From assembly GCA_003858585.1 (NCBI GenBank), contig RQZE01000003.1, positions 1 through 32,000 on the forward strand: DNA of 32,000 nucleotides. Direction: 5' to 3'. Source of the DNA: Erysipelotrichaceae bacterium OH741_COT-311. Its GTDB lineage: Bacteria; Bacillota_I; Bacilli_A; Erysipelotrichales; Erysipelotrichaceae. Position 1 is the first letter of the stretch. Each line of letters opens with the position of its first letter. Below the pieces are notes generated by a model. The model was not told the origin of the DNA. It saw nothing but the letters and a program-made list of their open reading frames with translations, and searched no databases. Shown in pieces: positions 1-9,267 of this stretch. The translations under genes and the position numbers were made by a program.

Positions 1-60
1 AAGCTGGCAGGCGATAAAAGCACACGTGTGTGCAGCCAGTGATAGTAGGGCTAAGCCCGA

Positions 61-89
61 AAATGAAAAACCACCCGCTAGGCGGGTGG
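61..89 (-). terminator. Rho-independent terminator downstream of the alcohol dehydrogenase gene
   Basis: Perfect 8-bp hairpin CCACCCGC-TAG-GCGGGTGG (71-89). On the minus strand it is followed by TTTTTCATTT, and it lies 5 nt beyond the stop at 94-96. Confidence 0.7.
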
Positions 90-93
90 ATAT

Positions 94-1239
94 TTATTTT
101 GCCATCTTCAATACTTCATAGATTTCTTCATAACTCAATGGATAAACACTACCAACGGTATGTTTATACGCTAGTTTTGCAATCTTACTAATGTTTGTAA
201 TATCTACTTCCTTAAGAGTGGTAATGGCACCAATTTCTTTAAAATAAGCTTGCAGTTTATCACAACCCATCATAGCAAGGTCATAATCATTGAAAGAAGT
301 ATCGTTTAGTTCAAATATATGTACCATGAGTTGCTTTATTCGTTTGGTATTCTTTTTGGCGTGTAACTTTAAAAAGTTAGGCATTACAATCGATAAACCA
401 ACACCATGGGCAATATCATGAATAGCACTAATCGCATGTTCAATGTCATGTCCTCCCCAGTCGTTCTTTGTTCCCCATGATAAAGAATGATTTAACGCTA
501 TTGTAGAAGCTAACATTAGGACACTACGAGCTTCATAATTTTTAGGGTTTTTTAATACTTTATGACTATACTGCATAACCGTTTTAATAATTCCTTCAAT
601 CCTAACATCATTTAATGGGTTATGTTCTTGATTGATGTATTGTTCGATTAAATGACTAATCGTATCGACAATACCGTTAATGGTTTGCCCTTTTGAAACA
701 CTGTAGGTATAACAAGGGTCTAGGATAGAAAATTGAGGATAGACCAAAGAACTTCCCCAAGCCAGTTTTTCTTGTGTTTTTTCATTGGTAATCACACTAC
801 CACAATTCATTTCACTACCCGTAGCACTTAACGTTAGTACCGTTCCAAATGGTAATGCATTACTAGGCTCTACTTTTTTCGTTACAATATCCCATGGGTT
901 TCCATCGTAATAAACTCCAGCACTAATCAGTTTTACACAATCAATGACACTACCACCACCAACAGCTAAGATAAAATCAATATCATTTTCTTTGATTATT
1001 TGAATTGCTTCTTTTGCACTTTGAACTCTTGGATTAGGTTGAATACCGGCATATTCCATCACTTCTTTGCCTTTTAATTGTTTCATGACATCATCATAAA
1101 CACCATTTTGTTTAATGCTTCCACCACCATATACAAGTAAAATACGTTTGTAAGGTTGTACTAAGTTTTTTAATTGCTTAATCTGTTGTTTGCCAAAAAT
1201 TAACTTTGTTGGATTTTGTTGTATAAAATTTGCAATCAT
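94..1239 (-). CDS. Iron-containing (group III) alcohol dehydrogenase, butanol dehydrogenase/YqhD-like
   Basis: 381-aa ORF with the GGGSVIDCVK nucleotide-binding motif and a His-rich metal site (HDIEHAISAIHDIAHG). GAAGGA RBS lies upstream of the ATG at 1239. Confidence 0.9.
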   Translation of the reverse strand: MIANFIQQNPTKLIFGKQQIKQLKNLVQPYKRILLVYGGGSIKQNGVYDDVMKQLKGKEVMEYAGIQPNPRVQSAKEAIQIIKENDIDFILAVGGGSVIDCVKLISAGVYYDGNPWDIVTKKVEPSNALPFGTVLTLSATGSEMNCGSVITNEKTQEKLAWGSSLVYPQFSILDPCYTYSVSKGQTINGIVDTISHLIEQYINQEHNPLNDVRIEGIIKTVMQYSHKVLKNPKNYEARSVLMLASTIALNHSLSWGTKNDWGGHDIEHAISAIHDIAHGVGLSIVMPNFLKLHAKKNTKRIKQLMVHIFELNDTSFNDYDLAMMGCDKLQAYFKEIGAITTLKEVDITNISKIAKLAYKHTVGSVYPLSYEEIYEVLKMAK

Positions 1240-1290
1240 AACATTCCTTCTTTCTTATTAAAATTATATAATGAATATGGTGATTTGATA

Positions 1291-1752
1291 ATGAAAACAA
1301 ATGTAATGCGTATTTTAGATTCACAAAAAATATCGTATGATATCTTAGAATATGACTGGGAAAGTGATGATTTAAGTAATCATAAACAGCTTGTAGAAGG
1401 TGCTATTTTTAAGACACTAGTCATACAAGGAGCAAGTAAACAGTATTATGTATTTTGCATTCCTATTTTAAAAGAATTGGATTTAAAGAAAGCAGCAAAG
1501 ATTGTTAATGAAAAAAATATTGCATTGATCAAAGTACAAGATTTATTAAACGTTACTGGCTATATCCGTGGTGGATGTAGTCCTATTGGTATGAAGAAAG
1601 TATTTCCGGTTTATTTGGATGAATCTGCACTAAATTATGATAAGATAGGAGTTAGTGCAGGCAAAAGAGGATTACAAGTCATTGTAGATCCTAATGCCTT
1701 GGCAAAGGTTACACAAGCTATCTTTGCACATCTAACAAAGGAGTCTTTATGA
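1291..1752 (+). CDS. ybaK: Cys-tRNA(Pro)/Cys-tRNA(Cys) deacylase, YbaK/EbsC family
   Basis: 153 aa starting MKTNVMRILD; YbaK-like KTL, TGYIRGGCSPIG and VSAGKRG motifs. The track start at 1216 overlaps the divergent adh gene, so I moved it to the ATG at 1291. Confidence 0.82.
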   Translation: MKTNVMRILDSQKISYDILEYDWESDDLSNHKQLVEGAIFKTLVIQGASKQYYVFCIPILKELDLKKAAKIVNEKNIALIKVQDLLNVTGYIRGGCSPIGMKKVFPVYLDESALNYDKIGVSAGKRGLQVIVDPNALAKVTQAIFAHLTKESL

Positions 1753-2549
1753 TACATCAGTTAAATCCTAAAATATATCATAACGAATTTAAAATGCTAG
1801 AACCAAGACCAAATGATTACGCATTGTGCTTTTTGGGTAGAAATGTCCTTGTAGATGGTAATGATAACTTATTTCGAATAAAAGATAGTAAAGGCAATGC
1901 ACAATTTTTGTTTGAAATTGATGAAGAACGTTTCTTTTTAGTAGATGAAATTGTTGTTGAATACATTGAGAAAGATATTACGTACTTTCGATATTATCAA
2001 CCACAACACTTAGCTTTTGCAGTTCTTACAGGTAGTAGTTTATATGAATTTTATCGTAATAACACATATTGTGGTCGATGTGGGATGCCAATGCAAAACC
2101 ATGAAAAAGAACGTAGTAAGTTCTGCATGTGTGGACATATTGTCTATCCTAAAATTGCCCCAGCTGTTATTGTAGGTATCTTGGATGAGCAACATCGCTT
2201 GCTATGTACAAAGTATCGCATACCAAGAAGTAAGTATCATAATTATTCTCTTGTAGCCGGTTATAATGAAATAGGAGAAACATTAGAAGATACCGTGCGT
2301 CGAGAAGTTTATGAGGAAGTTGGTTTGAGGGTGAAAGATATTCAGTATTTTGATTGTCAGCCTTGGCCAATTACAAGCTCTTTAGTGATTGGTTTTTTCT
2401 GTAAAGTGGATGGTAGTACAACCATTAGACTTGATCAAAATGAATTGTGTGAAGCAACTTGGTTTACACAAGAAGATTTATTTCCTTCTCAAGATGAAAC
2501 TACATTGACACATTTTATGATTGATTATTTTCGACAAGGTAAAATATAA
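1749..2549 (+). CDS. nudC: NAD+ diphosphatase / NADH pyrophosphatase (Nudix), NudC-like
   Basis: Zinc-ribbon CGRCG...CMCGH; Nudix box GYNEIGETLEDTVRREVYEEVGL; NudC signature CQPWPITSS. ATGA overlap with the ybaK stop. Confidence 0.85.
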   Translation: MIHQLNPKIYHNEFKMLEPRPNDYALCFLGRNVLVDGNDNLFRIKDSKGNAQFLFEIDEERFFLVDEIVVEYIEKDITYFRYYQPQHLAFAVLTGSSLYEFYRNNTYCGRCGMPMQNHEKERSKFCMCGHIVYPKIAPAVIVGILDEQHRLLCTKYRIPRSKYHNYSLVAGYNEIGETLEDTVRREVYEEVGLRVKDIQYFDCQPWPITSSLVIGFFCKVDGSTTIRLDQNELCEATWFTQEDLFPSQDETTLTHFMIDYFRQGKI

Positions 2550-2560
2550 GTTGATGTTTA

Positions 2561-2589
2561 TTGCATTTTAAAGGAAAATACCTTATAAT
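2561..2589 (+). promoter_or_regulatory. Candidate sigma-A promoter for secG-rnr-smpB
   Basis: TTGCAT (2561-2566), 17-nt spacer, TATAAT (2584-2589), about 27 nt upstream of the secG ATG. Confidence 0.5.
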
Positions 2590-2615
2590 AGGATAGCGTT
2601 AGGAAGGAGTTATAT

Positions 2616-2840
2616 ATGCTAGATATTTTATTAATGGTTGTCTCTGCAATATTAATACTTCTTTCTCTATTACAAAGTGGTAAGTCAGATGGAATTAGTG
2701 GTGCTTTTACTGGTAGTGGTGGATTAAACTTATTTCAAAGTGTAAAAGAGAGAGGTTCAGAAAAGTTTATTTCTAATTTAACAATGGTTGTAGGTATTAC
2801 ATTCTTTGTATTAGTAATAATTATTCGTGTACTAGGTTAA
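2616..2840 (+). CDS. secG: Preprotein translocase subunit SecG
   Basis: 74 aa with two TM helices flanking a Gly-rich loop (LLQSGKSDGISGAFTGSGG). AGGAAGGAG RBS. Position upstream of rnr-smpB matches the Bacillus arrangement. Confidence 0.85.
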   Translation: MLDILLMVVSAILILLSLLQSGKSDGISGAFTGSGGLNLFQSVKERGSEKFISNLTMVVGITFFVLVIIIRVLG

Positions 2841-2844
2841 TATA

Positions 2845-2868
2845 AGGGCAATGGCCCTTTTATTTTTG
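2845..2868 (+). terminator. Hairpin plus T-run between secG and rnr (partial terminator or attenuator)
   Basis: AAGGGC-AATG-GCCCTT followed by TTATTTTT. The rnr ATG lies only 9 nt beyond, so read-through is expected. Confidence 0.45.
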
Positions 2869-2876
2869 GTGATATT

Positions 2877-4967
2877 ATGGAAAAAGAACAAATATTAAAA
2901 GTTATTAAAGAAAATAAAAAAGAAGCTTATGATATTAAAGATTTAGCGTTGCTTTTAAATATGACAACGACAAGTGAATTTGTAAAGTTAAATAAACTTT
3001 TAAATCAATTGGTAGACGAATGTCTTATTTTTCAGACTGCGAAAAATAAGTTTGTGCCTGCTGAAACAGTAAAAATCGCAAAGGGTATCATTCGTATCAA
3101 CGCAAGAGGGGTAGGGTATGTAGATCTTAGTGAGGATGAATCGATTGTCTTTGATCCAAAGGATTTACATGGTGCCATGCATCTGGATGAAGTTTCTTAT
3201 CGCTATGATGATAGCCATCATGGAAAAGTAGTTAAGATTATTCATCGTAATTATAAATATGTTATAGGGACATTTTCAGCGAATCGTAAAGGTACACTTT
3301 TTTTCGATGCGGATGATAGAAAGATTCTTTCAAGATTTAAGATTTTGAATCAAAAGAAGTATCATTTAGTGGATGGATTGAAGGCTCAAGTAGAAATTGT
3401 AAGTTATGGGGATATGATACAGGCAAATATTGTATCGATTATAGGTCATAAAAATGATCCGGGTGTGGATATTAAAAGTATCTTGATGAGTTTTGATGTG
3501 GACTATGAATTTTCACAAGAGGTTTTACAGGAAGCCAATGCGATTAATCAAGTTGTGTCAGAACAAGAATATCAAGGACGAAGAGATTTAAGAGATATTT
3601 ATACATGTACCATTGATGGTGATGATGCGAAAGATTTTGATGATGCCATTAGTATTAGTAAAAGTGAATCCGGTTATAATCTAAAGGTTAGTATTGCGGA
3701 TGTTTCACATTATGTGAAAGAACATAGTCTCATGGATAAGGAAGCGTTTAAAAGAGGAAATAGTACGTATGTATTAGATCGTGTGGTTCCAATGCTTCCG
3801 CATGTGTTAAGTAATGGTATCTGTTCCTTAAATCCAAATGTAGATCGCTTAGCGATTACCTGTGATATGGATCTTGATGAACAGGGAAATGTTACAAATT
3901 ATCAATTATATCCATCGGTTATTAATTCCAATCATCGCATGACTTATCATCAAGTAAACCAGTTGTTAGATGGAATAGAAATTCAAGAGTATGAAGATAG
4001 TAAACATCATTTTATCTTAATGCAGGAATTAGCTTCTATTATTCAAAGGGTTCGTAAAAATGAAGGTGCGATTGACTTTGATAAGCAAGAAGCTGAGATT
4101 GTTCTGGATAATAAAGGAAAAGTCCTTGATGTCCATTTACGTATACGCAAGGGTGCGGAGCGTATGATTGAAAGTTTTATGATTTTAGCCAATGAAACGG
4201 TTGCGACACATTTACGTTGGTTAGAATATCCATGTCTATATCGTGTGCATGAACTTCCAAAGGAAGCTAAATTACGTCAATTTGTAAGTTTTGTTAATAT
4301 TTTAGGATATAAATTTAAAGGACATATTACAAATATTGATTCGGTCAGTTTACAACAATGTTTAGAGTTTTTTAAAGAAAAAGAAGAGTATCCGGTTGTT
4401 TCAACGTTAATGTTGCGCTCTATGACAAAGGCTCGTTATGATGCTTTACCTTTAGGGCATTATGGACTAGGTTTAGAAAACTATTGTCACTTTACTTCAC
4501 CAATACGTCGTTATGCCGATTTAATTGTACATCGTAGTTTAAGAAAGTATTGTTTTACGCAAGATTTTCATGATTTAGAAGCATTTCGTTTAAAGATGGA
4601 AGAGTATGGTCAACAAACAAGTAGTTGTGAGCGTAAAAGTGCAGATGCCGAATTTGCTGTGGTGGATTTAAAGAAATGTGAGTATATGAAACAACATTTA
4701 GGACAAGTCTTTAAAGGGGTTATCAGTTCGATTACTAAATTTGGTATGTATGTAGAACTTCCAAATACCATTGAGGGTCTTGTTCATGTAAAGGATTTAA
4801 ATGATGATCACTATAGTTATGTAGAGTCTTCCTTGATGCTTATTGGTCAAAGAACCAATAAAACTTATAAATTAGGTCAGCAAGTCATGGTAAAATGTGT
4901 AAGTGCAAACTTGGAAACTAGAACCATTGATTTTGTATTAGTAGAAAAACGTAGAGGTAATAAATGA
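2877..4967 (+). CDS. rnr: Ribonuclease R (3'-5' exoribonuclease)
   Basis: 696 aa; RNB catalytic motif DGDDAKDFDDAIS; HFTSPIRRYADLIVHR; C-terminal S1 domain (GVISSITKFGMYVELPNTIEGLVHV). Confidence 0.92.
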   Translation: MEKEQILKVIKENKKEAYDIKDLALLLNMTTTSEFVKLNKLLNQLVDECLIFQTAKNKFVPAETVKIAKGIIRINARGVGYVDLSEDESIVFDPKDLHGAMHLDEVSYRYDDSHHGKVVKIIHRNYKYVIGTFSANRKGTLFFDADDRKILSRFKILNQKKYHLVDGLKAQVEIVSYGDMIQANIVSIIGHKNDPGVDIKSILMSFDVDYEFSQEVLQEANAINQVVSEQEYQGRRDLRDIYTCTIDGDDAKDFDDAISISKSESGYNLKVSIADVSHYVKEHSLMDKEAFKRGNSTYVLDRVVPMLPHVLSNGICSLNPNVDRLAITCDMDLDEQGNVTNYQLYPSVINSNHRMTYHQVNQLLDGIEIQEYEDSKHHFILMQELASIIQRVRKNEGAIDFDKQEAEIVLDNKGKVLDVHLRIRKGAERMIESFMILANETVATHLRWLEYPCLYRVHELPKEAKLRQFVSFVNILGYKFKGHITNIDSVSLQQCLEFFKEKEEYPVVSTLMLRSMTKARYDALPLGHYGLGLENYCHFTSPIRRYADLIVHRSLRKYCFTQDFHDLEAFRLKMEEYGQQTSSCERKSADAEFAVVDLKKCEYMKQHLGQVFKGVISSITKFGMYVELPNTIEGLVHVKDLNDDHYSYVESSLMLIGQRTNKTYKLGQQVMVKCVSANLETRTIDFVLVEKRRGNK

Positions 4968-5416
4968 AAGAAAAAGTAATTGCCTTAAATCGTAAGGCTA
5001 GTCATGATTATTTTTTAGAAGATCGTTATGAAGCAGGTCTTGTTTTGGTGGGTACAGAAATAAAATCTGTGCGTTTGGGTAAGGTTCAATTTAAGGATAG
5101 TTATATTTCTTTTGTAAACAATGAAGCGTTTATTAAGGAAATGCATATTGCACAGTATGATTATGGTAATCAATTTAACCATGATGAAACAAGAATACGT
5201 AAGTTATTACTAAATAAAAGTGAATTGCGTAAACTGCAAAACAAAGTGAAATTAAAAGGTTATACGATTGTCCCAACGAAACTCTATCTTAAAAATGGTC
5301 GAGCGAAGATGGAGATTGCTTTGGCAAAAGGGAAAGCGTTATATGATAAACGTGAAGTTAGTAAGCAAAGAGATATTCAAAGACAATTGAATCGTGTTAT
5401 GAAAAATCACTTTTAA
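4964..5416 (+). CDS. smpB: SsrA-binding protein SmpB
   Basis: 150 aa; NRKASHDYFLEDRYEAGLVLVGTEIKS is a typical SmpB N-terminus. ATGA overlap with rnr. Confidence 0.93.
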   Translation: MKEKVIALNRKASHDYFLEDRYEAGLVLVGTEIKSVRLGKVQFKDSYISFVNNEAFIKEMHIAQYDYGNQFNHDETRIRKLLLNKSELRKLQNKVKLKGYTIVPTKLYLKNGRAKMEIALAKGKALYDKREVSKQRDIQRQLNRVMKNHF

Positions 5417-5429
5417 GAGTGATTTTTTA
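5402..5429 (+). terminator. Rho-independent terminator of smpB
   Basis: AAAAATCACT-TTTAAG-AGTGATTTTT hairpin spanning the smpB stop codon, followed by a T-run. Confidence 0.6.
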
Positions 5430-5523
5430 AATTGTGAATTATTATGGTTTTCATAACAAATAGAAGTGCGTTATAATTAGAATGACAATTTGTATTTTTT
5501 ATATAAATAAGGAGGATAGATTT

Positions 5524-8500
5524 ATGAAAAAGCTAAAGCTTACAAAAATCTTACTTACAATACTTTCAATGTTGTTGATGATTCCATATCAACTTACTTA
5601 TGCAAACAATGAATTGGAGGCTGTTGAAGTCATAACTTCAAAGGTTGTAAGTGATGATTTACTAGAAGCAACGATACATGTGGAAATCCGTCATGATGAT
5701 ACGGTTACCATACAATCAATTGAAAAGCCAAATGCAGAAGTAGAGGCTTACAATCAACAAGAAGTAACCTATCTTGTTAACGAAAATGGGGCATATACAT
5801 TTAAGGTTCATTATGTAAAAAATGATGCGTTAGATGTGATATTAACAAAAGAAGTTACGGTTGAAGTAAATGAAATTGAAGATATATCGTTTACAAATAT
5901 GTTTCCGGCTAATGTTGAAAATGGTAAAGGGATTCAAGTGAGTTTTAAAACACCAAAGGTAACGGAAGAGTTTGCCAATAATAACTTTGTAAATGCGATT
6001 GTTATTGATGGGGCAAATTTAGTACAAGATACTGCTGAAGATTTAACATTAGAAGTGAGCATTCCTGCATTATTATTTAAATATCCACAAAGTAATTTGG
6101 ATTCACAACATTTTATTGATCATTTTGCAGTTGTTACAGGAAATGTTGGGAAAGTGTTAGAAACAGTTGAAGATCTTGCTACAAACACAACTACCATTCG
6201 TGTGAAATTAAACCGTGTAACTAGAACAACAAGAATTGAAATGCCATTTAATTTTAGTTTTACTGATCGTATTACACCACTTGATTTGCGCCTTGCACCA
6301 TCTGTTAAAGTGGTAAATGCAGATAATGCAGTGTTATCAAATGCAACGGATGTTGAATATCAAGTGAAGTATGAAGAACGTACAGCGATTAAAAAGATAT
6401 ATGGTTCGAAAGAAAATGGTGCTTTAGTACCGGCAGGGACTGCCTTGGCAGGAAATCCTAATTATGTAGATCCAGATAATGCAGAATATGTCATGTTTAC
6501 TTATGATTATGAATATGGTAAAGGTGCTCAGCCTCCTGCTCGTTTAGATGAAAAGGTAGTGATTACCGATCGTTTACCGGAGTATGTAAACCATGAAGGA
6601 CAAACAGTGAAGGCTCACTTTAACCCTGCATTAAATCCCGGATGGACAAAGAAGCCAGATGGTAGTGTAGAATATACAGTGAATTTAGATAAATCATTGT
6701 ATGTTGGAGATATACGAAAAATTGATATTCGTGAACAAATCAGTCAAGTTACATTATTCTTATCATTTCCTGGTGCTCCAGTGAAGGAAGGTGGAGCTCT
6801 TAAAAACTATGTTAACAATGTAAGTATGAGTGTTACAGGGATTAATGGGGCAACAGAAACACCAAAAGTGTTAACAGATGATATTACGTTTAACTTAGAA
6901 GCAAAGCCAAATGGTGGAAAAGGAATGTTTTCAAAGTATAATATCTTTGATCGTATTCCATATGATCCCTATAGTTTATATGCAGAAGTATTACGTTTCG
7001 GTATGCATGCTACGAATAACTTAACTTCTGATTTAACAGATTTCAAAATAGTAGAAGATGCGACAAAATTTGATTCACGTTTATATTTTTCAAAAGTAGT
7101 GAATGTCAAAGAAGGTGAACGTGATGTTTCAAATGAGTATCAAGTAAAAGCTTATAGAACAGATGGTACTTTTACAATCTTTGAAATTGGTAGTGAGTTA
7201 AATGGTGCAACGCAAGCCAAAATTAATGATTATGCAAATCAAGTAAACAATGGTAGCTTGGTGATTGCTGATGTGCCAAATGATGCTGTAGTAGAGTATG
7301 TTAAGTTTGAAATTGGACGTAAAGACAATGCGCCATTAAAATCAGGGGCTACAGTGATACAAACAGAAGTAGAAATGCGCTTTAAAAATCCATTTCATGT
7401 TCAAGGAACTTTAAATTCAAGAGATATTCGTAATGAAGCAAGCTTAGTTGGAAACTATAAAGATGTTTCGAATACAGTAAAATCAATAAAAGTAGATTCT
7501 TATGCTGCAAAATTGTTTATACCAGTAGATGAAAAAGTAGTATTAATAAAATCTACAAATCAAGGAAATGCAACTAAAATTAATGATACAATTAATATCT
7601 TTAATATCTCGTTAGATTTGAGAGACTTAAGTAAGAACCGATTGATTAAAGATGGTACATTTATTGATTTATTACCGGCAGGGTTATCTACGATTGGTAC
7701 AACATATGTAATGCCACTGAATAATAGTAATCCTTATTTTAAAGGATATGAAATTATTAAAGATTATAAAGGTACAGGAAGAGATGCCATTAAGATTAAT
7801 CTAAATACATTTAGAATGAAAGATCTTAAAACAACAAACGGAAGGACACCTTATGCGTTAGATTTTGCGATTCGAAACATTAAAATCAATGATAAGATCA
7901 TTCCAACTTCAGCAGAAACACCCACAAACAACAATGATAACCATGTGTATTTCTTTGAAGGAAATGGACAAAGTTTCCCGGATAGCATTGGTTCACAACA
8001 AAAAGTAGTTGATACATTGGACATCAATGATAATGGTAAAACAGATGATTTTATTTTAGAAGCGACTTCAAAAGTTGTGGCACAAGTTCCAAGTCTAGTA
8101 CGTAGTAATAAGTATATTCGTTCTATAGAAGGGTCAACAATCAATGATTCGGTGGATGAAACTCGTCCTTGGACAGATCGTATTATGACAAATTATGATA
8201 GTGGAGTAAGTGGTGGACGCTTCCAATATAAATTAGAAGTGAAAAATTATACAGCAACTCCAACAGAAGGCATAGTGCTTTATGATGTTATTCCAAATGT
8301 AAATGATAAGAAGAGTGATGGTACTCCTAGAAATAGTGCGTTTAGAAATCGTTTAGTTGCACCATTAAGAATTGAAATAGATGGTATTGATGTATCAGCA
8401 GATTATGATATTTTCTATACAATAGATGCACCGGCTTATGATGCAACAACAGGTGTTCCAACTTCAAATTGGCAATTGGCAGTCGCTAATTATGAAGATG

Positions 8501-9138
8501 TTAAAGCGATAAAAGTTGTATTAAAACCGGGTAAATCATTGCCAGCCTTTAAGATTTTAAATGTCATTATGGATATGAAGGCACCTAAGTATGAAAATAC
8601 CTCTTTAGCAAATACAGAAGCAATTGGTAGTTTTCAAGTTATCTATGATGGCTCTGTAGCTTATGCGGAAGCAGACATGGTTTACAATGCGCTTCCGGAC
8701 ATTAGAAATATAACTGTAAAAAAAGAGTGGATTAACGCTACTGCACAAAAGATTATAGTGGATTTGTTACAAAATAATGTTGTAATCGCTACAAAAGAAT
8801 TATTAGAAACAGAAACAACATTAGTCTTTGAACATTTACCGATTAATGATCCAACAGGTATTCCATTTGCCTATCGTGTTGTTGAAAGATCTCTTCCTGG
8901 GTTTAAAACAACGTATGAAGGGGATATTGAAACAGGTATTGTTATCAAAAATGAAAAGGCAAAACCTGTAAATCCTAATGTACATCCAAATCCTCCGATA
9001 GCTACACCAAAGAAACAAGTAAGGATTAAGATACCAAAAACACAAGATAACAGTGTACCATATTTTTATGGTATGATGGCAATGCTTTCAATGGTAGTAT
9101 TGCTTGTAATGAAAAAAACATTAAAAAATCATAAATAA
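5524..9138 (+). CDS. Large cell-surface protein (adhesin-like) with signal peptide, C-terminal CnaB-type domain and a sortase-type anchoring signal
   Basis: - AAGGAGG RBS lies 8 nt before the ATG at 5524.
- Signal peptide MKKLKLTKILLTILSMLLMIPYQLTYA.
- About 1100 aa of beta-rich sequence.
- CnaB-like segment ITVKKEWINA...FAYRVVERSLPGFKTTYEG...IVIKNEK (about 8707-8960).
- Pro-rich stalk, then IPKTQD + hydrophobic stretch + KKTLKNHK tail. Confidence 0.85.
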   Translation: MKKLKLTKILLTILSMLLMIPYQLTYANNELEAVEVITSKVVSDDLLEATIHVEIRHDDTVTIQSIEKPNAEVEAYNQQEVTYLVNENGAYTFKVHYVKNDALDVILTKEVTVEVNEIEDISFTNMFPANVENGKGIQVSFKTPKVTEEFANNNFVNAIVIDGANLVQDTAEDLTLEVSIPALLFKYPQSNLDSQHFIDHFAVVTGNVGKVLETVEDLATNTTTIRVKLNRVTRTTRIEMPFNFSFTDRITPLDLRLAPSVKVVNADNAVLSNATDVEYQVKYEERTAIKKIYGSKENGALVPAGTALAGNPNYVDPDNAEYVMFTYDYEYGKGAQPPARLDEKVVITDRLPEYVNHEGQTVKAHFNPALNPGWTKKPDGSVEYTVNLDKSLYVGDIRKIDIREQISQVTLFLSFPGAPVKEGGALKNYVNNVSMSVTGINGATETPKVLTDDITFNLEAKPNGGKGMFSKYNIFDRIPYDPYSLYAEVLRFGMHATNNLTSDLTDFKIVEDATKFDSRLYFSKVVNVKEGERDVSNEYQVKAYRTDGTFTIFEIGSELNGATQAKINDYANQVNNGSLVIADVPNDAVVEYVKFEIGRKDNAPLKSGATVIQTEVEMRFKNPFHVQGTLNSRDIRNEASLVGNYKDVSNTVKSIKVDSYAAKLFIPVDEKVVLIKSTNQGNATKINDTINIFNISLDLRDLSKNRLIKDGTFIDLLPAGLSTIGTTYVMPLNNSNPYFKGYEIIKDYKGTGRDAIKINLNTFRMKDLKTTNGRTPYALDFAIRNIKINDKIIPTSAETPTNNNDNHVYFFEGNGQSFPDSIGSQQKVVDTLDINDNGKTDDFILEATSKVVAQVPSLVRSNKYIRSIEGSTINDSVDETRPWTDRIMTNYDSGVSGGRFQYKLEVKNYTATPTEGIVLYDVIPNVNDKKSDGTPRNSAFRNRLVAPLRIEIDGIDVSADYDIFYTIDAPAYDATTGVPTSNWQLAVANYEDVKAIKVVLKPGKSLPAFKILNVIMDMKAPKYENTSLANTEAIGSFQVIYDGSVAYAEADMVYNALPDIRNITVKKEWINATAQKIIVDLLQNNVVIATKELLETETTLVFEHLPINDPTGIPFAYRVVERSLPGFKTTYEGDIETGIVIKNEKAKPVNPNVHPNPPIATPKKQVRIKIPKTQDNSVPYFYGMMAMLSMVVLLVMKKTLKNHK

Positions 9139-9164
9139 AAAATCCCTTTTTTAAGGGATTTTTT
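9138..9164 (+). terminator. Rho-independent terminator of the surface-protein gene
   Basis: AAAAATCCCTT-TTTT-AAGGGATTTTT, symmetric with an A-run and a T-run, so potentially bidirectional. Confidence 0.65.
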
Positions 9165-9219
9165 AGAACCTAAATAGAACCTAAATAGAACCTAAATAGA
9201 ACCTAAATAGAACCTAAAA
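9165..9219. repeat. 11-bp tandem repeat AGAACCTAAAT x5 (four perfect copies; the fifth ends in A)
   Basis: Read directly: five head-to-tail units at 9165, 9176, 9187, 9198 and 9209. They are followed by TGGTTC, an inverted match to the GAACC core. Confidence 0.95.
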
Positions 9220-9230
9220 TGGTTCGAGCA

Positions 9231-9256
9231 TTAAAAAAGCCTTTACATAAAGGCTT
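9231..9256 (-). terminator. Rho-independent terminator of ssrA
   Basis: On the minus strand, 11 nt after the tmRNA CCA end: AAGCCTTT-ATGT-AAAGGCTT followed by TTTTTAAT. Confidence 0.65.
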
Positions 9257-9267
9257 AATAAGTATCT

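Noticed and set aside
1-60. GC-rich segment with nested hairpins (GCTGGC...GCCAGT enclosing the ACACGTGT palindrome, then GGGCT-AA-GCCC). It contains AGCTGGCAGG and GCAGCCAG strings that loosely recall SRP/4.5S RNA.
   Set aside because: It is truncated by the window edge. The order of the elements does not match 4.5S RNA, and frame 1 also reads as a plausible C-terminus ending at TGA 40-42. I cannot tell whether this is a structured RNA 3' end or a coding 3' end.
9165-9219. CRISPR array or minimal CRISPR-like repeat.
   Set aside because: The units are 11 bp and directly abutting, with no spacers and no cas genes. It is a simple tandem repeat.
5417-9267. Genomic island integrated at the tmRNA 3' end, with the adhesin gene as cargo.
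   Set aside because: I found no integrase or recombinase and no direct repeat of the tmRNA 3' terminal sequence in the smpB-adhesin intergenic region. The only match is a 7-nt GGTTCGA at 9221-9227, which is inverted and of chance length. I kept only the weaker synteny observation.
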